17,613 nt of DNA, from the NCBI GenBank assembly GCA_049472315.1, contig JBLIRN010000055.1, positions 1 through 17,613 of the forward strand. The letters run 5' to 3'. Below, piece after piece: positions 15,577 through 17,613 of the stretch; position 1 is the first letter of the stretch; each line of letters begins with the position of its first letter. Source of the stretch: a bacterium (GTDB taxonomy: Bacteria > SZUA-182 > DTGQ01 > JAFGSM01). A program made the translations under genes and the position numbers. The notes under the pieces were generated by a model. It was given only the letters and a program-made list of their open reading frames with translations. It did not search any database and was not told the DNA's origin.

Positions 15577-16905
15577 TTAGAAGGCCACCGAGGATCCCGG
15601 TATGCTGTAAAATGATCCACTGCCGTAAGCCGGACACCAGCTATAGGTATAGCCGCATCCCAAGGCACATGTGGATTGCGTCGCACCGCAGAATGTGCCG
15701 CAGGTATTGAATGTGGTGCCGCAGTTAAATCCGCACGTGGAAAAGGTGCTGCCGCAGCTATATCCGCACGTGGACAGCGTGCTGCCGCATCCGAAGCCGC
15801 ACGTGGAAAAGGTGCTGCCACAGCTAATCCCGCACGTGGAAAAGGTGCTGCCGCAGTTATACCCGCACGTGGATAAGGTGCTGCCGCAACTAAACCCGCA
15901 TGTGGAAAAGGTGCTTCCGCACCCTATACCGCACGTGGAATAGGTGCTTCCGCACCCTATGCCGCACGTGGAGAAGGTGCTGCCACAGCTATATCCGCAC
16001 GTGGACAGCGTGGTGCCGCACCCTATACCGCACGTGGAAAACGTGCTGCCGCAGTTATACCCGCACGTGGAAAACGTGCTGCCGCATCCCATGCCGCACG
16101 TAGAATAGGTGCTGCCGCAGCTGATACCGCACGTGGAATAGGTACTGCCGCATCCTATGCCGCACGTGGAAAACGTGCTGCCGCATCCGATGCCACACGT
16201 GGAATAGGTACTGCCGCATCCTATACCGCACGTGGAAAACGTGCTGCCGCACCCTATGCCGCACGTGGAATAGGTGCCCCCGCATCCGATGCCACACGTG
16301 GAATAGGTACTGCCGCAGTATATTGAACAGGTTGAGGATGTCGGAGAGGTTGTGCTCGTGCTGATGGTTATTTGACCTATATGTCCGTTACACGAGGCGA
16401 TAATGAGCTTATCGATGGTATAGGTGCCAATATCGCTTGAGCTGAATATAAAATATCCTGGTCCATTGATGGGACCGTTATCGGTTTGACTTGATTTGAA
16501 CTTTACCCGTGTTGAACCATCATAGATAGCGGCGGATGAGCAGCCGGTCGTTTCACAATAGTCCTCGAGGTCAACCCTGACCTGGGTGATCGGATCATTG
16601 ATGTCGCTAAGATCTGCAATAATCCGGCCGGGGTTCAGCCATATTCCCAGATCATACACCGGACCCTGAAAATTGTTGCGATGTTCCCATTCGCAGTCAT
16701 TCGACGTGCATTCATCATCATCCGTGGTACTCGTGACGCGCAAATTAACCCCTGAAACAACCCAGTTGGTGTCGCACAGACACTGCGTGTCGCACTCCAA
16801 TCTTGCAGGCATCGAATTCAGATTGATCGTAATAGTGGCGGCGGTGGCGGACGTGGCAATCATGAAACAACACAGTGTGATGACTACAATGGTTATCCTT
16901 TTCAT
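15577..16905 (-). CDS. secreted Cys-rich tandem-repeat protein of unknown function (442 aa)
   Basis: AAGGAGG RBS (16918-16912) 6 nt before ATG 16905. Sec signal peptide MKRITIVVITLCCFMIATSATA-A, a ~160-aa globular domain with 8 Cys, an S/T/P linker, then 21 x 11-aa Cys repeats and a short tail ending in Phe. Confidence 0.9.
   Translation of the reverse strand: MKRITIVVITLCCFMIATSATAATITINLNSMPARLECDTQCLCDTNWVVSGVNLRVTSTTDDDECTSNDCEWEHRNNFQGPVYDLGIWLNPGRIIADLSDINDPITQVRVDLEDYCETTGCSSAAIYDGSTRVKFKSSQTDNGPINGPGYFIFSSSDIGTYTIDKLIIASCNGHIGQITISTSTTSPTSSTCSIYCGSTYSTCGIGCGGTYSTCGIGCGSTFSTCGIGCGSTYSTCGIGCGSTFSTCGIGCGSTYSTCGISCGSTYSTCGMGCGSTFSTCGYNCGSTFSTCGIGCGTTLSTCGYSCGSTFSTCGIGCGSTYSTCGIGCGSTFSTCGFSCGSTLSTCGYNCGSTFSTCGISCGSTFSTCGFGCGSTLSTCGYSCGSTFSTCGFNCGTTFNTCGTFCGATQSTCALGCGYTYSWCPAYGSGSFYSIPGSSVAF
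15640..16332 (-). repeat. coding tandem repeat, 21 x 33 bp (11 aa: TCGxxCGST[F/Y/L]S)
   Basis: Exactly 693 bp with no indels. On the + strand the cores CCGCACGTGGA and GTGCTGCCGCA recur every 33 bp. Confidence 0.97.
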
Positions 16906-17454
16906 GTCCATCCTCCTTTCAAAAACCTTGCCTTTTTAAAGCCCTGTGGAATCGATGAATCATCCTGTATATGCTGCAGGGCGTTTTTGATGAATTGTTG
17001 CCTTATATCAAACGAGCATTATCGTTGTTTCAATCTATTCAGACGGCTATAATTTATCACCTATTATGCCTTTTCTGTATTCCCATTCTGTGAGGTGTTC
17101 CTTCTTTTCCATCGCGTGATCGCTGGATGGGTCTTTCAGGGAAACCGGGTATTAAAAGAGCCTCTTGCTTGGTATGTATTCGGATTCGGATCTACTCTGG
17201 TATAATAAAAATGTTTACATTTCTCCATTATTTAATATTTTATACTATTTACTCTTTTTACGCAATATTTACATATCCCGCTCACACCGAGGAACAGATA
17301 AGGATTTCCGGGGCTGGCGAACAATGGGGTGTACGGAGCAACACGCTGAACACAGGAGGGCGATCCGCAGAAAATCAACGGATCGCCCTCCATCCTCTAT
17401 TCACATCAATCACTTCATCATTACAAACAGGAAGAAATGCATCGTCGCCAAGCC

Positions 17455-17613
17455 CTAAATCCCGAACAGGCTGTAGCTCGGGTAAAAGCTCGTAACTCCG
17501 AACGGCCTGCCGCCGTATGTACCCCCGAATCCGAACAGATTGCCCAAGCCTCCTCCGTAACCGTAGGTACCTCCATAGAAGGGTGATGAAGAACCGCCGA
17601 TTGAATACGGATA
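17455..17613 (-). CDS. 3' end of a gene cut by the window edge; Gly/Tyr/Phe/Ser-rich low-complexity C-terminus
   Basis: Manual translation of the open - strand frame: ...YPYSIGGSSSPFYGGTYGYGGGLGNLFGFGGTYGGRPFGVTSFYPSYSLFGI* (TAG at 17457-17455). Absent from the ORF track because no start codon lies in the window. Confidence 0.8.
   Translation of the reverse strand, partial: YPYSIGGSSSPFYGGTYGYGGGLGNLFGFGGTYGGRPFGVTSFYPSYSLFGI

Noticed and set aside
15540..16297. Alternative-frame repeat ORFs (PHVEKVLPQL, MRQHVFHVRHR, ARGKGAAA etc.)
   Set aside because: These are shadows of the Cys-repeat gene. They are interrupted by stops and lack the RBS and signal peptide that the 442-aa frame has.
15640..16332. 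CRISPR-like regular repeats (CCGCACGTGGA every 33 bp)
   Set aside because: The period is a multiple of 3, there are no unique spacers and no cas genes, and the pattern is fully explained by an in-frame protein repeat.
15577..16905. Multiheme cytochrome or polyferredoxin interpretation
   Set aside because: There is no His in the repeats (no CxxCH) and no CxxCxxCxxxCP motif.
17127..17495. + strand ORFs of 122 and 97 aa
   Set aside because: They cross an AT-rich, promoter-like intergenic tract, lack an RBS and overlap the better-supported - strand gene end.

Overview
Bacterial window, probably from an anaerobe (Desulfobacterota-like gene content; the taxonomy is inference). From left to right on the + strand it holds the 3' part of truD, two small membrane-protein genes, and a PAS/sigma54 activator with an OrpR-type Cys triad. 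The activator is followed by a sigma54 promoter driving an 'Orange protein' (orp)-like Fe-S/metal-cofactor cluster: three COG1433/NifX-like proteins, two ferredoxin-insert MinD-type ATPases, an FmdB-type zinc ribbon and an IscU/NifU-N-like scaffold. Next come a DRG-like TGS GTPase, a secreted Ig/FN3-like surface protein and a complete CUT1 sugar ABC importer. On the - strand is the most unusual element: a Sec-exported 442-aa protein whose C-terminal half is 21 unbroken 11-aa repeats, T-C-G-x-x-C-G-S-T-(F/Y/L)-S, with 42 Cys and no charged residues. Upstream of it lies the cut-off 3' end of another gene ending in a Gly/Tyr/Phe-rich low-complexity tail. No rRNA, tRNA, CRISPR or mobile element was found. 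All family assignments come from motif recognition by eye; no searches were run.
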